Assembly: GCA_934167875.1 (NCBI GenBank)
Contig: CAKPMC010000006.1
Span: forward strand, 16,646 to 80,645
DNA from: an uncultured Bacilli bacterium
GTDB lineage: Bacteria; Bacillota_I; Bacilli_A; RF39; UBA660
Reading direction: 5' to 3'
Length of the DNA: 64,000 nt
Shown: one piece after another, positions 39,406 through 51,376 of the stretch
Numbering within the stretch: position 1 is the first letter of the stretch
How the letters are laid out: each line of letters starts with the position of its first letter
Program-made: the position numbers and the translations under genes
The notes under the pieces: generated by a model
The model's input: the letters and a program-made list of their open reading frames with translations, nothing else
What the model was told of the DNA's origin: nothing
Database searches by the model: none

Positions 39406-40680
39406 ATGGAACGAAAAATATATTCTGATTTACTTAAATGGAAAAAGGATTCTAATAGAAAGCCCCTTTTAATTTATGGCAATAAGCAGATTGGTAAAAC
39501 CTATACAACTATAGAATTTGGAGAAAGGGAATATAAAACAGTAGCATACATTAATACTTATAATAATCAACAATTATTAAGTATCATGCAAAAAGAAAGA
39601 ACTATTGATAAAATAATAGCTAGACTATCTTTATTAGTAGGAGAAACTATTTTAAAAAATGATACTTTAATTATATTAGATAATGTTGTAGATGAAGACA
39701 TTGTTAAAGCAGTTAAAAAATTTGGTAAGGAACAAAATGATTACCATATTATTATGATAACTTCTTTAAAAGAAAAATTGTTAACTTTTAAAGGCGAAGA
39801 ACTACAATATAAATACATGTTTGCTATGGATTTTGAGGAATATTTACGTGCTGTTGGCAATGTTGAACTAATTGATTTCATTAAAACATCATATCGCAAT
39901 AATAAACCGATGCCTTTTCATAATATAGCTATGGATTATTATGAAGAATACTTAATGACTGGTGGATTACCAGAAAGTGTTCAAGCTAACATCAATAAAG
40001 AAACAGATTTAAAAGTTAGAATTATTCATGAAAAACAGTTAGATTGCTATAAAGAACAGTTATTATATATGAATAATTTAATTGATGTATCAAGAGCTAA
40101 TGAAGTATTAAACATTTTACCATATCAGTTATTAAAACCAAATCGTAAATTCCAATACGGTTTAATGAGAACAGGTGGACGTAGCAAAGATTATGAAAAA
40201 GCTATAGAATTTTTAACCAACAATGGTATTATTTACAAGTGTCATAAAATAAGTGAGGTAAAACCACCTCTTAGTAAATGCAAAGATCCAGAAAGCTTTA
40301 AATTATATTTAAATGATACAGGTGTTTTATTTATGATGATGCACCTATCTAAATTAAAACTATTTACTGATGATAACTTAAAATATATTCTATATGAAAA
40401 TAACTTAGCAGATACTATTATTTCATGTGGATATAATCTATATTATTACCAGTCAGATGGCAAAGCAGAAGTACCTTTTGTTGTTCAAACTAGAGCTGGT
40501 AAAGTAATTCCAATAGAAATAGTAAATAAGAACCTATCAAAAGCAAAATCTTTATCTTTATTTATGAGTAAATTTAATATTAATGAAGCAATTCGTTTTA
40601 CTGATGATAATTTTAGTATTAAAAAAGGAATCAAGTATGTTCCTATTTATGCATCTTTTTGTCTTAAAGAAAATTTATAG
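39406..40680 (+). CDS. AAA-family ATPase (AAA_14 + DUF4143-like)
   Basis: P-loop GNKQIGKT. Start taken at the Met after AGGAGG. Confidence 0.5.
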   Translation: MERKIYSDLLKWKKDSNRKPLLIYGNKQIGKTYTTIEFGEREYKTVAYINTYNNQQLLSIMQKERTIDKIIARLSLLVGETILKNDTLIILDNVVDEDIVKAVKKFGKEQNDYHIIMITSLKEKLLTFKGEELQYKYMFAMDFEEYLRAVGNVELIDFIKTSYRNNKPMPFHNIAMDYYEEYLMTGGLPESVQANINKETDLKVRIIHEKQLDCYKEQLLYMNNLIDVSRANEVLNILPYQLLKPNRKFQYGLMRTGGRSKDYEKAIEFLTNNGIIYKCHKISEVKPPLSKCKDPESFKLYLNDTGVLFMMMHLSKLKLFTDDNLKYILYENNLADTIISCGYNLYYYQSDGKAEVPFVVQTRAGKVIPIEIVNKNLSKAKSLSLFMSKFNINEAIRFTDDNFSIKKGIKYVPIYASFCLKENL

Positions 40681-40694
40681 AAAAGAGGAAAATA

Positions 40695-42194
40695 ATGAAA
40701 CCAGTTTTATTAACTATTATTGATGGATTTGGAATAAGAGATGAAATTAAAGGTAATGCAGTGAAATTAGCAAGTAAACCAAATTATGATTACTTATGGA
40801 ATAAATATCCTCATAGTACATTAGAGGCAAGTGGTGAAGCTGTTGGTCTACCTGCTGGGCAAATGGGAAATTCAGAAGTAGGTCATATGAATATAGGCGC
40901 AGGGCGTCTTGTTTATCAACCTCAAGAACTAATAAATTCTAGTATTAGAAATAAAGAGTTTTTCCATAATGAAGAAATCTTAAAAGTAATAACTCATGTT
41001 AAACAAGAAAATTCTAAATTACACATTATGGGTCTAGTTAGTGATGGTGGAGTACATTCTCATATTAATCATTTATTGGCATTATTAGATATGTGCAAAC
41101 AAAATAATATTGAAAAATTATATCTTCATTTATTTACTGATGGCAGAGATGTAGATCCACATAGTGCCAAAAAATATATAGATCAAGTACAGAACAAGTT
41201 AAACGAAATTGGTATAGGCAAGATCTCTAGTATAAGTGGAAGATATTATGCTATGGATAGAGATAATAATTATGATCGTTTAATAAAAGCTTATGACGTT
41301 ATTATTAATGATAGTGAAGTTATTCAAACTTCTATTGATGATTATATTACTGATAGTTATAATCGTGGAATAAGCGATGAATTTTTAATACCAGCTAGTT
41401 TTGATCCAAATGGTAAAATTACCGAAAATGATGGTGTTATTGTTTTTAATTATCGTAAAGATCGTTTAAGAGAATTGCTAACAGCCCTAACTAATCATGA
41501 TTTTAATGAGATGGAAGTGACTAAGTTCAATAATCTTAAATTAGTTACTATGTTACCTGTAGTGGAGTCAGTTAAAGCACCTCACGCCTTCAATGATCCA
41601 TCACTAAAAAACATTTTAGGTGAATATATTGCTGATCAAGGATTATCCCAATTAAGAATAGCTGAAACAGAAAAGTATGCTCACGTTACCTTCTTTTTTG
41701 ATGGGGGTAAAGAAAAAGATTATCCTAATGAGAAAAAAATATTAATACCATCACCTAAAGTAGCAACTTATGATTTAAAACCAGAAATGAGTATTGAAGA
41801 AGTAACAGAATCATTGCTTAATGAATTAAATACTAATAAATATGACTTAATTATTTTAAACTTTGCCAACTGTGATATGGTTGGACATACTGGAAGTTTG
41901 GAAGCAGCAATCAAAGCTGTAGAAGCTGTAGATAAAAATTTAGGAAAACTATATCAAAAGATTCAAGAACTTAATGGTACAATGTTAATAACAGCTGATC
42001 ATGGTAATTGTGAATTAATGATTGATGAAAATGATAATGTTATAACATCTCATACAACTAATAAAGTACCATTTATAATATGTAATGAAAACTATAAACT
42101 TAAAGATGGAAAACTTGGTGATATTGCTCCAACTATTCTAAAAATAATGGATTTAAAAATTCCAGAAGAGATGACTGGAAATAGTTTAATTTAG
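40695..42194 (+). CDS. gpmI: 2,3-bisphosphoglycerate-independent phosphoglycerate mutase
   Basis: 499 aa with iPGM motifs ILDGFG, SEVGHMN, ADHGN. Confidence 0.9.
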   Translation: MKPVLLTIIDGFGIRDEIKGNAVKLASKPNYDYLWNKYPHSTLEASGEAVGLPAGQMGNSEVGHMNIGAGRLVYQPQELINSSIRNKEFFHNEEILKVITHVKQENSKLHIMGLVSDGGVHSHINHLLALLDMCKQNNIEKLYLHLFTDGRDVDPHSAKKYIDQVQNKLNEIGIGKISSISGRYYAMDRDNNYDRLIKAYDVIINDSEVIQTSIDDYITDSYNRGISDEFLIPASFDPNGKITENDGVIVFNYRKDRLRELLTALTNHDFNEMEVTKFNNLKLVTMLPVVESVKAPHAFNDPSLKNILGEYIADQGLSQLRIAETEKYAHVTFFFDGGKEKDYPNEKKILIPSPKVATYDLKPEMSIEEVTESLLNELNTNKYDLIILNFANCDMVGHTGSLEAAIKAVEAVDKNLGKLYQKIQELNGTMLITADHGNCELMIDENDNVITSHTTNKVPFIICNENYKLKDGKLGDIAPTILKIMDLKIPEEMTGNSLI

Positions 42195-42209
42195 TGTTTA
42201 TAATTATAC

Positions 42210-42245
42210 TAAAGATTGATAATGACCTATCAATCTTTTAATATG
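42210..42245 (+). terminator. rho-independent terminator after gpmI
   Basis: AAAGATTGATA-loop-TATCAATCTTT. Confidence 0.5.
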
Positions 42246-42330
42246 TTTTAAACTAACTATAGATAAAGAAGACACTTTAACTAATCAAAATTTTGTGTAA
42301 AAAAATGAAAAAAATTTTATTAAAAAAAGC

Positions 42331-42492
42331 TTGATTTCCTTATATATATTGTGTTATACTTATCCATGTGTGGCTGCTTAGATGTGTGAGGTTGCTGATA
42401 CGCCAGGTTAAGTTGTTAAAATTTTACTTAGCGAATTCAGGTTTTTACACGGAGCAAGTCTATACTAGATATAGGCGAAGGGAGGATTCGAA
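42331..42492 (+). promoter_or_regulatory. S10-operon promoter (TTGATT-18-TGtTATACT) and ~130-nt GC-enriched leader
   Basis: The leader 42361-42492 is conspicuously GC-rich and structured relative to its flanks. This is the position of the L4-responsive S10 leader in other bacteria. Confidence 0.4.
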
Positions 42493-42810
42493 ATGTCAAA
42501 AGACAAAGTTCGCATAAGATTAAAAGCATATGATCATAGAATTCTAGACAATGCTGCAAAGAAAATAGTTGAAACAGTTAAACGTTCTGGTGGAGAAATC
42601 AGTGGACCAGTACCACTTCCAACAGAAATCGAAAAATTCACTATTTTACGTGCTGTACACAAATACAAAGACAGTCGTGAACAATTTGAAATGCGTACGC
42701 ATAAGAGACTTATTGATATCAAGAACCCAAGCAAGGAAACTATTGATGCATTAGCACATTTAGATTTACCAAGCGGTGTTGATATTCAAATCAAAGTTGA
42801 ACAAAATTAA
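42493..42810 (+). CDS. rpsJ: 30S ribosomal protein S10
   Basis: Sequence identity to S10. Confidence 0.95.
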   Translation: MSKDKVRIRLKAYDHRILDNAAKKIVETVKRSGGEISGPVPLPTEIEKFTILRAVHKYKDSREQFEMRTHKRLIDIKNPSKETIDALAHLDLPSGVDIQIKVEQN

Positions 42811-42826
42811 TTAGGAGGAAAGTAAA

Positions 42827-43576
42827 ATGAAAGGAATCTTAGGGAAAAAGATAGGAATGACTCAAGTTTTTACACAAAGCGGTAAGTTAATTCCTGTTAC
42901 AGTCATTGAAGTTGAACCAAATGTTGTAACTCAAATTAAAACAGTTGAAAAAGACGGATATGATGCCATCCAATTAGGATGTGAAACAGTAAGAGCAAAA
43001 GTAAGCAACAAAGCTAAAATTGGTCATACAAACAAAGCTAATACAGAACCTAAGCGCTTCTTAAGAGAAATCAGGGGAGTAAATGTTAATGATTACACAT
43101 TAGGACAAGTAATCGATGCTAGCTTATTTGCAAAAGGAGAAATCGTTGATGTAAGTGGAGTTAGTAAAGGTAAAGGGTTCCAAGGTGTTATTAAACGTTA
43201 TAACCAATCTCGTGGACCAATGGGACATGGTTCTCAATATCATAGAGGTGTTGGTTCATTAGGTACATTGTTACCAATGCACGTATTAAAAGGTAAAAAA
43301 TTACCAGGACATATGGGTAATGTAGCATGTACAATTCAAAATCTAGAAGTTGTAGATGTTGATTTAGAAAATAATGTTATCTTAGTTAAAGGTAATGTAC
43401 CAGGTCCTAAACAATCTTTAGTTATGATTAGAACATCAGTTAAAAAAGGTGAAAAGATTAACGAAACTGAAGAATTAATTTCTTATGTTGAAGTAGTTGA
43501 AACACCAGTTGAAGCTGCTGAAGAAGTAGCAGAAACTGAAGTAACTGAAGAAACTCAAGAAGAAGTAAACGAATAA
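42827..43576 (+). CDS. rplC: 50S ribosomal protein L3 (with ~40-aa acidic C-terminal extension)
   Basis: L3 core plus tail [37 protein letters not shown]. Confidence 0.9.
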   Translation: MKGILGKKIGMTQVFTQSGKLIPVTVIEVEPNVVTQIKTVEKDGYDAIQLGCETVRAKVSNKAKIGHTNKANTEPKRFLREIRGVNVNDYTLGQVIDASLFAKGEIVDVSGVSKGKGFQGVIKRYNQSRGPMGHGSQYHRGVGSLGTLLPMHVLKGKKLPGHMGNVACTIQNLEVVDVDLENNVILVKGNVPGPKQSLVMIRTSVKKGEKINETEELISYVEVVETPVEAAEEVAETEVTEETQEEVNE

Positions 43577-43635
43577 TCACTGCAGATTAAATAATAATTA
43601 AAAATTTTAAATTGTAGTGAAAGGAGGAATTAAAG

Positions 43636-44232
43636 ATGGAAAAACTAAAGGACATTAAATTAAACAAAGAATTACTTAACATTGAACCAAATGAAAAAGT
43701 TTTATATGATGCCATCATTTTACAAAGAGCATCATTAAGACAAGGAACTCACTCAACAAAAACTCGTAGTGAAGTAAGCGGTGGTGGAAGAAAACCATGG
43801 CGTCAAAAAGGAACAGGACATGCTCGTCAAGGATCTATCCGTGCAGTACAATGGGTAGGTGGAGGAAGATATGGTACTCCAGTTCCAAGAGATTACTCAA
43901 AGAAACAAAATCGTAAAGAAAGAAGATTAGCATTACAAACAGCTTTCTTAAATCTTTACAATAATAAAGGATTAGTAGTAGTTGATGAAATTAAAGTTGC
44001 TACTCCTAAAACTAAAGAAATGGTTAATATGTTAAATTCATTAGAATTAATGAACAAAAAAGTATTAATCGTAGTAAATGAATTAGAAGAAAACTTAATC
44101 TTAGCTTCTCGTAACTTATTAAATATCGCATTAATTGAAGCAAATGAACTTAATGTATTAGATTTAAGTTATGCAGATGTAGTATTAACTACTAAAGAAG
44201 GATTAAAATCTATCGAGGAGGTGCTTAAATAA
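43636..44232 (+). CDS. rplD: 50S ribosomal protein L4
   Basis: [19 protein letters not shown]. Confidence 0.9.
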   Translation: MEKLKDIKLNKELLNIEPNEKVLYDAIILQRASLRQGTHSTKTRSEVSGGGRKPWRQKGTGHARQGSIRAVQWVGGGRYGTPVPRDYSKKQNRKERRLALQTAFLNLYNNKGLVVVDEIKVATPKTKEMVNMLNSLELMNKKVLIVVNELEENLILASRNLLNIALIEANELNVLDLSYADVVLTTKEGLKSIEEVLK

Positions 44233-44516
44233 TGAATACAAAGTATTTAGAAATCGTAAAAGCGCCAGTTATTACAGAAAAATCTGCTAACTTAGGACAA
44301 GAAAGAGGACAATATGTTTTCAAAGTTGATCCTAAAGCAAATAAAACTGAAATAAAACAAGCAATTGAAAAATTATTTAACGTAAAAGTACAAGAAATTC
44401 GTACAGTTAATGTTAAACCAAAGAAAAGAAGAGTTGGACGTTACGCTGGACTTACAAACCGTAGCAAAAAAGCTATCGTTACACTAGCTGAAGGTCAAAC
44501 AATTGAACTTAATTAA
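44232..44516 (+). CDS. rplW: 50S ribosomal protein L23
   Basis: Conserved order and sequence. Confidence 0.9.
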   Translation: MNTKYLEIVKAPVITEKSANLGQERGQYVFKVDPKANKTEIKQAIEKLFNVKVQEIRTVNVKPKKRRVGRYAGLTNRSKKAIVTLAEGQTIELN

Positions 44517-44537
44517 TAATTTAAAGGAGGGTTACTC

Positions 44538-45368
44538 ATGTCAGTAAGAAACTATAAACCAATTACTCCAGGACAAAGAAAAAGAAGTACTTTAGTTAAT
44601 TCAGAAATTACTAAAACTACTCCTGAAAAAAGTCTAGTAGTTAGTTTAAAGAAAAACGGTGGTCGTAACAATCAAGGTAGAATTACAGTAAGACATCAAG
44701 GTGGCGGAGCAAAAAGAAAATATCGTGTTATTGATTTCAAACGTAACAAATTAGATATTCCAGGAACTGTAGCAAGCATTGAATACGATCCAAACAGAAC
44801 AGCAAATATTGCTTTAATTAATTATAACGATGGTGAAAAGAGATATATCATCGCTCCAAAAAATTTAAAAGTAGGAGATGTTATTGTATCAGGAGAAACA
44901 GCTGATATCAAAGTAGGAAACGCACTTCCTATTATGAATATTCCAGTTGGTACTATGATTCATAATATCGAGCTTCGTCCAGGTAAAGGTGGAGAATTAG
45001 CACGTAGTGCTGGATCATCTGCTCAAATCTTAGGACGTGAAGGAAACTATGTAATGGTTAGACTTTCAAGTGGTGAACAAAGATTAATCTTAGGAACTTG
45101 TTTTGCTACTATTGGTGAAGTTGGTAACGAAGACCAAAACTTAGTAAGATTAGGTAAAGCTGGACGTACTCGTCATAAAGGAATTCGTCCTACAGTACGT
45201 GGATCAGTTATGAACCCTAATGACCATCCACATGGTGGTGGTGAAGGTCGTGCACCTATCGGTCGTAAAGGACCTGTTACTCCTTGGGGTAAACCAGCAC
45301 TTGGATATAAGACAAGAAAGAATAAAGCGTCTGATAAATTTATCGTACGTCGTCGTAATAGTAAGTAA
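44538..45368 (+). CDS. rplB: 50S ribosomal protein L2
   Basis: Conserved sequence. Confidence 0.95.
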   Translation: MSVRNYKPITPGQRKRSTLVNSEITKTTPEKSLVVSLKKNGGRNNQGRITVRHQGGGAKRKYRVIDFKRNKLDIPGTVASIEYDPNRTANIALINYNDGEKRYIIAPKNLKVGDVIVSGETADIKVGNALPIMNIPVGTMIHNIELRPGKGGELARSAGSSAQILGREGNYVMVRLSSGEQRLILGTCFATIGEVGNEDQNLVRLGKAGRTRHKGIRPTVRGSVMNPNDHPHGGGEGRAPIGRKGPVTPWGKPALGYKTRKNKASDKFIVRRRNSK

Positions 45369-45382
45369 AGGAGGAGATTATT

Positions 45383-45652
45383 ATGGCAAGAAGTGCAAAG
45401 AAAAAGCCTTATGTATTCGAAAGATTATTAGCTAAGGTTGAAAAGTTAAATGAAACTGGAAAAAAAGAAGTCATTAAAACATGGTCACGCCGTTCAACAA
45501 TCTATCCTGCATTTATTGGACATACATTCGCAGTACACAATGGAAAAGAATTTATTCCAGTATATGTTACTGAAGATATGGTAGGACACAAACTTGGTGA
45601 ATTTTCACAAACTCGTAAGTTTGGTGGACATGGCGACAATAAGAAAAAATAG
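45383..45652 (+). CDS. rpsS: 30S ribosomal protein S19
   Basis: Conserved sequence. Confidence 0.95.
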   Translation: MARSAKKKPYVFERLLAKVEKLNETGKKEVIKTWSRRSTIYPAFIGHTFAVHNGKEFIPVYVTEDMVGHKLGEFSQTRKFGGHGDNKKK

Positions 45653-45671
45653 TGACTAGGAGGAGAAAAAT

Positions 45672-46004
45672 ATGGAAGCAAGAGCAATCGCAAAGACTCT
45701 TAGAGTATCACCTATTAAAACTCGTTTAGTTGTAGATTTAATTCGTGGTAAAAATGTTAACGATGCATTAAACATCTTAAACAATATGAATAAAAAGCCT
45801 GCTCGTCTTACAAAAAAAGTTCTTGAATCTGCTATCGCTAACGCTGTTAATAATAATGGTGCTAAGCAAGAAGAGCTTTATGTAAAAGAAGCAAGAGTAG
45901 ATGCTGGTCCAGTGATGAAGAGACATATGTTTGACTCACGTAGTCACATTGGACATAACGATAAAAGAACAAGTCACATCGTAATCGTTGTGGCAACTAA
46001 GTAG
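45672..46004 (+). CDS. rplV: 50S ribosomal protein L22
   Basis: Conserved sequence. Confidence 0.9.
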   Translation: MEARAIAKTLRVSPIKTRLVVDLIRGKNVNDALNILNNMNKKPARLTKKVLESAIANAVNNNGAKQEELYVKEARVDAGPVMKRHMFDSRSHIGHNDKRTSHIVIVVATK

Positions 46005-46023
46005 GCAAAGGAGGGTTAGAAAC

Positions 46024-46677
46024 ATGGGTCAAAAAGTAAATCCTAATGGATTAAGACTTGGAATCAATAAAGATTGGGACTCAAAATGGTACGCTAATAA
46101 AAAAGACTTTTCTAAATATTTAGCTAACGATGTTAAAATCCGTGAATATTTTGAAAAAGATCAAAAAGCAAATGGTATCAGTAAAGTTCAAATCGAAAGA
46201 AATTCTAAAAGAACAGAAGTTATTGTTCACACTGCTAAGCCTGGTGTCATCATCGGTCGTGGTGGAGAACAAATCGAAGCAATGAAAAAAGACTTATCTA
46301 AATTAGTAAATGAAGATATTCAAATTTCAATTGTTGATATTAAAAAACCTGATATTAATGCACAAATCGTTGCTGATTCAATCGCAGCACAAATTGAAAA
46401 CCGTGCATCATTCAGAATGGCTCAAAAAAGAGCTATCCGTAACGCTATGAAAGCTGGAGCTAAGGGTATTAAAACTTTAGTATCTGGACGTTTAGGTGGA
46501 GCAGATATGGCTCGTAGCGAAGGATATACAGAAGGAACAATTCCTCTACATACTTTAAGAGCAGATGTTGATTATGCTACTAGTGAAGCAGATACAACAT
46601 TTGGAAAAATTGGTGTTAAAGTATGGATTTATAAAGGAGAAATTCTTCCATCTAAGAAGACTAAAGGAGGTAATTAA
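46024..46677 (+). CDS. rpsC: 30S ribosomal protein S3
   Basis: [13 protein letters not shown] start after RBS GGAGGG; the track ORF begins earlier at an upstream Met. Confidence 0.9.
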   Translation: MGQKVNPNGLRLGINKDWDSKWYANKKDFSKYLANDVKIREYFEKDQKANGISKVQIERNSKRTEVIVHTAKPGVIIGRGGEQIEAMKKDLSKLVNEDIQISIVDIKKPDINAQIVADSIAAQIENRASFRMAQKRAIRNAMKAGAKGIKTLVSGRLGGADMARSEGYTEGTIPLHTLRADVDYATSEADTTFGKIGVKVWIYKGEILPSKKTKGGN

Positions 46678-46679
46678 TT

Positions 46680-47111
46680 ATGTTAATCCCATCAAGAACT
46701 AAATATCGTCGTGTTCATAGATTACCTTACGAAGGTCATGCAAAAGGAAATACAACATTAACACAAGGTGAATATGGACTACAAGCTAAAGAAGGTGCTT
46801 GGATTACAGCAAATCAAATCGAAGCAGCTCGTGTAGCTATGACACGTTATATGAAGCGTGGTGGAAAAGTATGGATCAACATCTTCCCACACATGCCAGT
46901 TACTAAAAAACCTATTGGTACTCGTCAAGGTAAAGGTAAAGGAAACGTTGAACTTTGGGTAGCAGTAGTAAAAGAAGGAAAAATTATGTTTGAAATTAGT
47001 GGAGTAGATGAAGCTACAGCTCGTGAAGCTTTAAGACTTGCTTCTCATAAACTTCCAATTAAAACAAAATTTGTAAAAAAAGAAAATGGTGGTGAATTAA
47101 ATGAAGGTTAA
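46680..47111 (+). CDS. rplP: 50S ribosomal protein L16
   Basis: Conserved sequence. Confidence 0.95.
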   Translation: MLIPSRTKYRRVHRLPYEGHAKGNTTLTQGEYGLQAKEGAWITANQIEAARVAMTRYMKRGGKVWINIFPHMPVTKKPIGTRQGKGKGNVELWVAVVKEGKIMFEISGVDEATAREALRLASHKLPIKTKFVKKENGGELNEG

Positions 47112-47304
47112 AGAAATTAGAGAACTAACCACTGAACAAATCGTTGCAAAGGTTAAGGAAGCTAAAGAAGAATTATTCAACTTACGTTTCCAACAAGCAA
47201 CAGGAAATTTAGAAAAACCTTCAAGAATTAGAGAATTAAGACACGATGTAGCAAGATGCAAGACTGTATTACGTGAACGTGAGCTTAACGAGGAGGTTAA
47301 GTAA
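47101..47304 (+). CDS. rpmC: 50S ribosomal protein L29
   Basis: Conserved sequence. Confidence 0.9.
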   Translation: MKVKEIRELTTEQIVAKVKEAKEELFNLRFQQATGNLEKPSRIRELRHDVARCKTVLRERELNEEVK

Positions 47305-47306
47305 AA

Positions 47307-47564
47307 ATGGAAAAAGTACAAAAAGAATTGGTTGGTACAGTAGTAAGTGCTAGCAACAATAAAACAATTACTGTTCTAGTTGAAACTTACAAAAAACATC
47401 CAAAATATGGAAAAAGAGTTAAATATTCAAAGAAATATGCAGCTCATGATGAATCAAACAAAGCTAAAGTAGGAGATACAGTTAGAATAGTTGAAACAAA
47501 ACCAATTTCTAAAACTAAACACTTCTATTTAGCTGAAATCGTAAAAGAAGCAGTTATTCTATAA
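47307..47564 (+). CDS. rpsQ: 30S ribosomal protein S17
   Basis: Conserved sequence. Confidence 0.9.
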   Translation: MEKVQKELVGTVVSASNNKTITVLVETYKKHPKYGKRVKYSKKYAAHDESNKAKVGDTVRIVETKPISKTKHFYLAEIVKEAVIL

Positions 47565-47590
47565 CTCTTAGGTGAAGGAGGAAATAATTT

Positions 47591-47959
47591 ATGTTACAAC
47601 AAGAAAGCCGTTTAAAAGTTGCTGACAACTCAGGTGCTAAAAGCTTATTAGTAATCAGAGTACTTGGTGGAAGCAAAGTAAAAACTGGTAATATCGGTGA
47701 CATAGTTGTTGGTACAGTAAAAGATGCCACACCTAATGGAACTGTTAAATCCGGAAAAGTTGTAAAAGCAGTTATCGTAAGAAGTAAACAAGGTCTTCGT
47801 AGAGATGACGGAAGTTACATTAAGTTTGATGATAACGCTTGCGTAATTATAAAAGATGATAAGAGTCCAGTTGGAACTCGTATCTTCGGACCAGTAGCAC
47901 GTGAATTACGTGACAAAGATTTCATGAAAATAGTATCTTTAGCTAAAGAAGTGCTATAG
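47591..47959 (+). CDS. rplN: 50S ribosomal protein L14
   Basis: Conserved sequence. Confidence 0.95.
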   Translation: MLQQESRLKVADNSGAKSLLVIRVLGGSKVKTGNIGDIVVGTVKDATPNGTVKSGKVVKAVIVRSKQGLRRDDGSYIKFDDNACVIIKDDKSPVGTRIFGPVARELRDKDFMKIVSLAKEVL

Positions 47960-47971
47960 AGGGAGGATATT

Positions 47972-48283
47972 ATGAAACTTAAAGTTGGAGACAAAGTAGT
48001 AGTAATAGCCGGATCTAGTAAAGGTAAAGAAGGAAAGATTACTAAGACTTTCAAAGATGAAAATAAAGTAATCGTTGAAGGTGTTAATATCGTTAAAAAA
48101 CACAAAAAAGGAAATGGCCAAGAAACTGGTGGAATCCTTGAAGTAGAAGCACCAATCAATGCTTCAAACGTAATGTTAATCGACACTAAAACTAAAAAAA
48201 GAACTAGAATCGGTTACACTATCGATGAAAAATCAAATAAAAAAATTAGAATTTCAAAAAAATCAAACGAAAAGATTGATTAG
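47972..48283 (+). CDS. rplX: 50S ribosomal protein L24
   Basis: KOW motif. Confidence 0.9.
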   Translation: MKLKVGDKVVVIAGSSKGKEGKITKTFKDENKVIVEGVNIVKKHKKGNGQETGGILEVEAPINASNVMLIDTKTKKRTRIGYTIDEKSNKKIRISKKSNEKID

Positions 48284-48301
48284 TTGGAAGGAGGGTAATA
48301 T

Positions 48302-48841
48302 ATGAACCGCCTAAAAGAAAAATATCTTAATGAAGTAGTTCCAAGCTTAAAAGCAAAACATGATTATAAGTCAATCATGGAAGTTCCAAAATTAGAAAAA
48401 ATCGTAATTAACATGGGTGTAGGAGATGCTACATCAAACTCTAAATTATTAGAAGCAGCAGTTAAAGACTTAGAAGTAATCGCAGGTCAAAAACCAGTTA
48501 TTACTAAAGCTAAGAAATCAATTGCTGGATTCAAAGTAAGAGAAGGACAATCAATTGGATGTAAAGTAACATTACGTGGAGAAAACATGTATAACTTTAT
48601 GGATAAATTAATTTCAATTGCACTTCCTCGTGTACGTGACTTTAGAGGAGTTTCTCCAAAGGCATTTGATGGTAGAGGAAACTATACAATGGGAATTAAA
48701 GAACAATTAATCTTCTCAGAAATCGATTATGATAATGTTGTAAAAGTACGTGGTATGGATATCGTATTCGTTACAACTGCAAAATCTAATGAAGAAGCAT
48801 TTGACTTATTAAATGAACTTGGAATTCCTTTTAGAAAGTAA
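48302..48841 (+). CDS. rplE: 50S ribosomal protein L5
   Basis: Conserved sequence. Confidence 0.95.
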   Translation: MNRLKEKYLNEVVPSLKAKHDYKSIMEVPKLEKIVINMGVGDATSNSKLLEAAVKDLEVIAGQKPVITKAKKSIAGFKVREGQSIGCKVTLRGENMYNFMDKLISIALPRVRDFRGVSPKAFDGRGNYTMGIKEQLIFSEIDYDNVVKVRGMDIVFVTTAKSNEEAFDLLNELGIPFRK

Positions 48842-48853
48842 TAGGAGGATATT

Positions 48854-49039
48854 ATGGCAAAGAAAAGTATGATCGTTAAAGCTAATCGTAAGCAAAAATT
48901 TAAAGTTCGTGAATATACTCGTTGCGAAAGATGTGGAAGACCACATGCAGTAATGAGCAAGTTCGGAATTTGCCGTATTTGCTTTAGAGAATTAGCAAGT
49001 AAAGGACAAATACCAGGTGTTAAGAAATCAAGCTGGTAG
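48854..49039 (+). CDS. rpsZ: 30S ribosomal protein S14 type Z (zinc-binding, 61 aa)
   Basis: [23 protein letters not shown]. Confidence 0.9.
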   Translation: MAKKSMIVKANRKQKFKVREYTRCERCGRPHAVMSKFGICRICFRELASKGQIPGVKKSSW

Positions 49040-49060
49040 ACTTAGGAAGGAGGATTAATT

Positions 49061-49462
49061 ATGGCTGTTGTTACAGATACAATCGCAGACATGCTAACTC
49101 GCATTCGTAATGCAAACAGTATGCGTTATACTGAAGTAAAAGTACCTGCTTCTAATCTAAAATTAGAATTAGCTAGAATTTTAAAAGAAGAAGGATTTAT
49201 TAAAGATTATAAAGTTTTAGATGAAACTGCTCAAGGAACAATTGAGATTTCATTAAAATATGGACCAAAGAAAGAAAGAGTTATCACAGGACTTAAACGT
49301 ATTTCTAAACCAGGTCTTAGAGTATATGCTAAGGCTGACGAAGTACCTAAAGTATTAAATGGTTTAGGTATAGCTATCATTTCTACTTCAAAAGGAATTA
49401 TGACTGATAAAGAAGCTAGAAAAGAAGGTTTAGGTGGAGAAGTTTTAGCTTATATTTGGTAA
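49061..49462 (+). CDS. rpsH: 30S ribosomal protein S8
   Basis: Conserved sequence. Confidence 0.95.
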   Translation: MAVVTDTIADMLTRIRNANSMRYTEVKVPASNLKLELARILKEEGFIKDYKVLDETAQGTIEISLKYGPKKERVITGLKRISKPGLRVYAKADEVPKVLNGLGIAIISTSKGIMTDKEARKEGLGGEVLAYIW

Positions 49463-49488
49463 AAAACATTATATAAGGAGGTGCAAGT

Positions 49489-50025
49489 ATGAGCCGTATT
49501 GGTAATAGAAAAATTATAGTACCTGCAGGTGTTACTGTTACAAATGAAAATAACAAAGTTACAGTAAAAGGACCAAAAGGAGAATTATCATTAGACTTAG
49601 TAAAAGGAATTGAAGTAAACATTGAAGAAAATACTTTAACTGTTACTCGTCCTAATGATGAAAAAGCTATTAAAGCAATGCATGGAACAACAAATGCAAA
49701 CATCGAAAATATGATTAAAGGTGTAACAGAAGGGTTCCAAAAAGGTTTAGAGATTATTGGTGTAGGTTATCGTTTCAATGTAAAAGGTAATACATTAGTA
49801 ATCAATGCTGGATATTCTCATCCAGTAGAATTAGCTATTCCTACAGGATTAACTGTTGAACAAGTTTCAAATACTGAAATCACTGTAAAAGGAATAGACA
49901 AAGTTTTAGTTGGAAAATATGCAGCTGAAATTAGAGAAGTAAGACAACCTGAACCATACAAAGGAAAAGGTATTCGTTACAAAGATGAATTCATTCGTCG
50001 TAAAGAAGGAAAGAAAGCTGCTTAA
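49489..50025 (+). CDS. rplF: 50S ribosomal protein L6
   Basis: Conserved sequence. Confidence 0.95.
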   Translation: MSRIGNRKIIVPAGVTVTNENNKVTVKGPKGELSLDLVKGIEVNIEENTLTVTRPNDEKAIKAMHGTTNANIENMIKGVTEGFQKGLEIIGVGYRFNVKGNTLVINAGYSHPVELAIPTGLTVEQVSNTEITVKGIDKVLVGKYAAEIREVRQPEPYKGKGIRYKDEFIRRKEGKKAA

Positions 50026-50052
50026 TAAATAAGTAGAAGGGAGAAGTTACTT

Positions 50053-50409
50053 ATGATTAATAAAGTATCTCGTAATGAAATGCGTGTAATGAGACATTCA
50101 AGAGTACGTTCAAAAATTTCTGGTACTCCTGAAACTCCTAGATTATGCGTATTCCGTTCAAATAAAAACATTAGTTGTCAAATCATTGATGATGAAAATG
50201 GTGTTACTTTAGCAAGTGCTTCATCATTAAGTTTAAAACTTAAAAATGGTGGAAATATCGAAGCAGCTACAGCAGTAGGAAAAGCTATCGCTGAAGCAGC
50301 TAAGAAAGCAAAAATTACTAAAGTAGTATTCGATAGAGGTGGATACCTTTATCACGGACGTGTAGAAGCATTAGCTAATGCTGCACGTGAAAATGGATTA
50401 GAATTCTAA
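50053..50409 (+). CDS. rplR: 50S ribosomal protein L18
   Basis: Conserved sequence. Confidence 0.9.
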   Translation: MINKVSRNEMRVMRHSRVRSKISGTPETPRLCVFRSNKNISCQIIDDENGVTLASASSLSLKLKNGGNIEAATAVGKAIAEAAKKAKITKVVFDRGGYLYHGRVEALANAARENGLEF

Positions 50410-50422
50410 TAGGAGGGTATTT

Positions 50423-50932
50423 ATGCAAAATAGAAACAATGACCCTAAACAAAAACAATTCGAAGAACAAGTAATTGAAGTAAAATCTGTTGTTAAAGTT
50501 AACAAAGGTGGACGTCAAAGAAGATTCTCTGCATGTGTTGTTGTTGGGGATAGAAAAGGTCAAGTTGGATTAGGTATTGGAAAAGCAAACGAAGTACCTG
50601 ATGCAATCAAAAAAGCAATTCAAGCTGCCAATAAAAATATCGTTAAAATACCTTTAGTTGATGGAAGAACAATAGAGCACGAAGTAACTGGAGTAAATGG
50701 TGCAGCAAAAATATTCTTAAGACCTGCTGCAGCTGGTACTGGAGTTATCGCTGGTGGAGCTGTTCGTGCTGTATTAGAACTTGCTGGAGTTAAAGACATT
50801 TTATCTAAATCACTTGGATCTCGTACTAAACTAAACATGGCTACTGCTACAATCAATGCTTTAAAATCTGTTAAATCTGCAGAAGAAGTTGCAAAATTAA
50901 GAGGAAAAACAGTAGAGGAGATTTTAGGATAA
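50423..50932 (+). CDS. rpsE: 30S ribosomal protein S5
   Basis: Conserved sequence. Confidence 0.95.
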   Translation: MQNRNNDPKQKQFEEQVIEVKSVVKVNKGGRQRRFSACVVVGDRKGQVGLGIGKANEVPDAIKKAIQAANKNIVKIPLVDGRTIEHEVTGVNGAAKIFLRPAAAGTGVIAGGAVRAVLELAGVKDILSKSLGSRTKLNMATATINALKSVKSAEEVAKLRGKTVEEILG

Positions 50933-51375
50933 TGAAATTACATGAATTAGTAGCAAATGAAGGAGCAACTCAAGCTAAGAAAAGAGTTGGTCGTGGATCA
51001 GGTAGCGGTTTAGGAAAAACAAGTGGCAAAGGACAAAAAGGTCAAAAAGCACGTAGTGGTGGCGGAAAAGGAGCAACCTTCGAAGGAGGACAATTACCTT
51101 TATATAGACGTTTACCAAAACGTGGATTCTCAAATGCAGAGTTTAAAACAGTTTATGCTAGTATCAACTTAAGTGATTTAAATAGATTTGAAGATGGTAC
51201 AGTAGTTACACCTGCTTTATTAAAAGAAGTAGGATTAGTTAAAAAAGGATTAGATGGAATTAAAGTACTAGGTTCTGGAAACTTAGAAAAGAAATTAACT
51301 ATTCAAGCTAATAAGTTCTCAGCTAGTGCAATTGAAAAAATTGAAAAGAGCGGAAGTAAAGCTGAGGTGATCTAA
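50932..51375 (+). CDS. rplO: 50S ribosomal protein L15
   Basis: ATG overlaps the rpsE stop, with no rpmD between them. Confidence 0.9.
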   Translation: MKLHELVANEGATQAKKRVGRGSGSGLGKTSGKGQKGQKARSGGGKGATFEGGQLPLYRRLPKRGFSNAEFKTVYASINLSDLNRFEDGTVVTPALLKEVGLVKKGLDGIKVLGSGNLEKKLTIQANKFSASAIEKIEKSGSKAEVI

Positions 51376-51376
51376 T

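Noticed and set aside
42534-51032. Minus-strand ORFs inside ribosomal protein genes (42534-42734, 45502-45693, 47097-47321, 47815-48186, 48727-48960, 49416-49703, 50375-50563, 50620-50856, 51850-52032)
   Set aside because: Antisense to highly conserved genes, with low-complexity translations and no RBS. These are spurious ORF-finder output.
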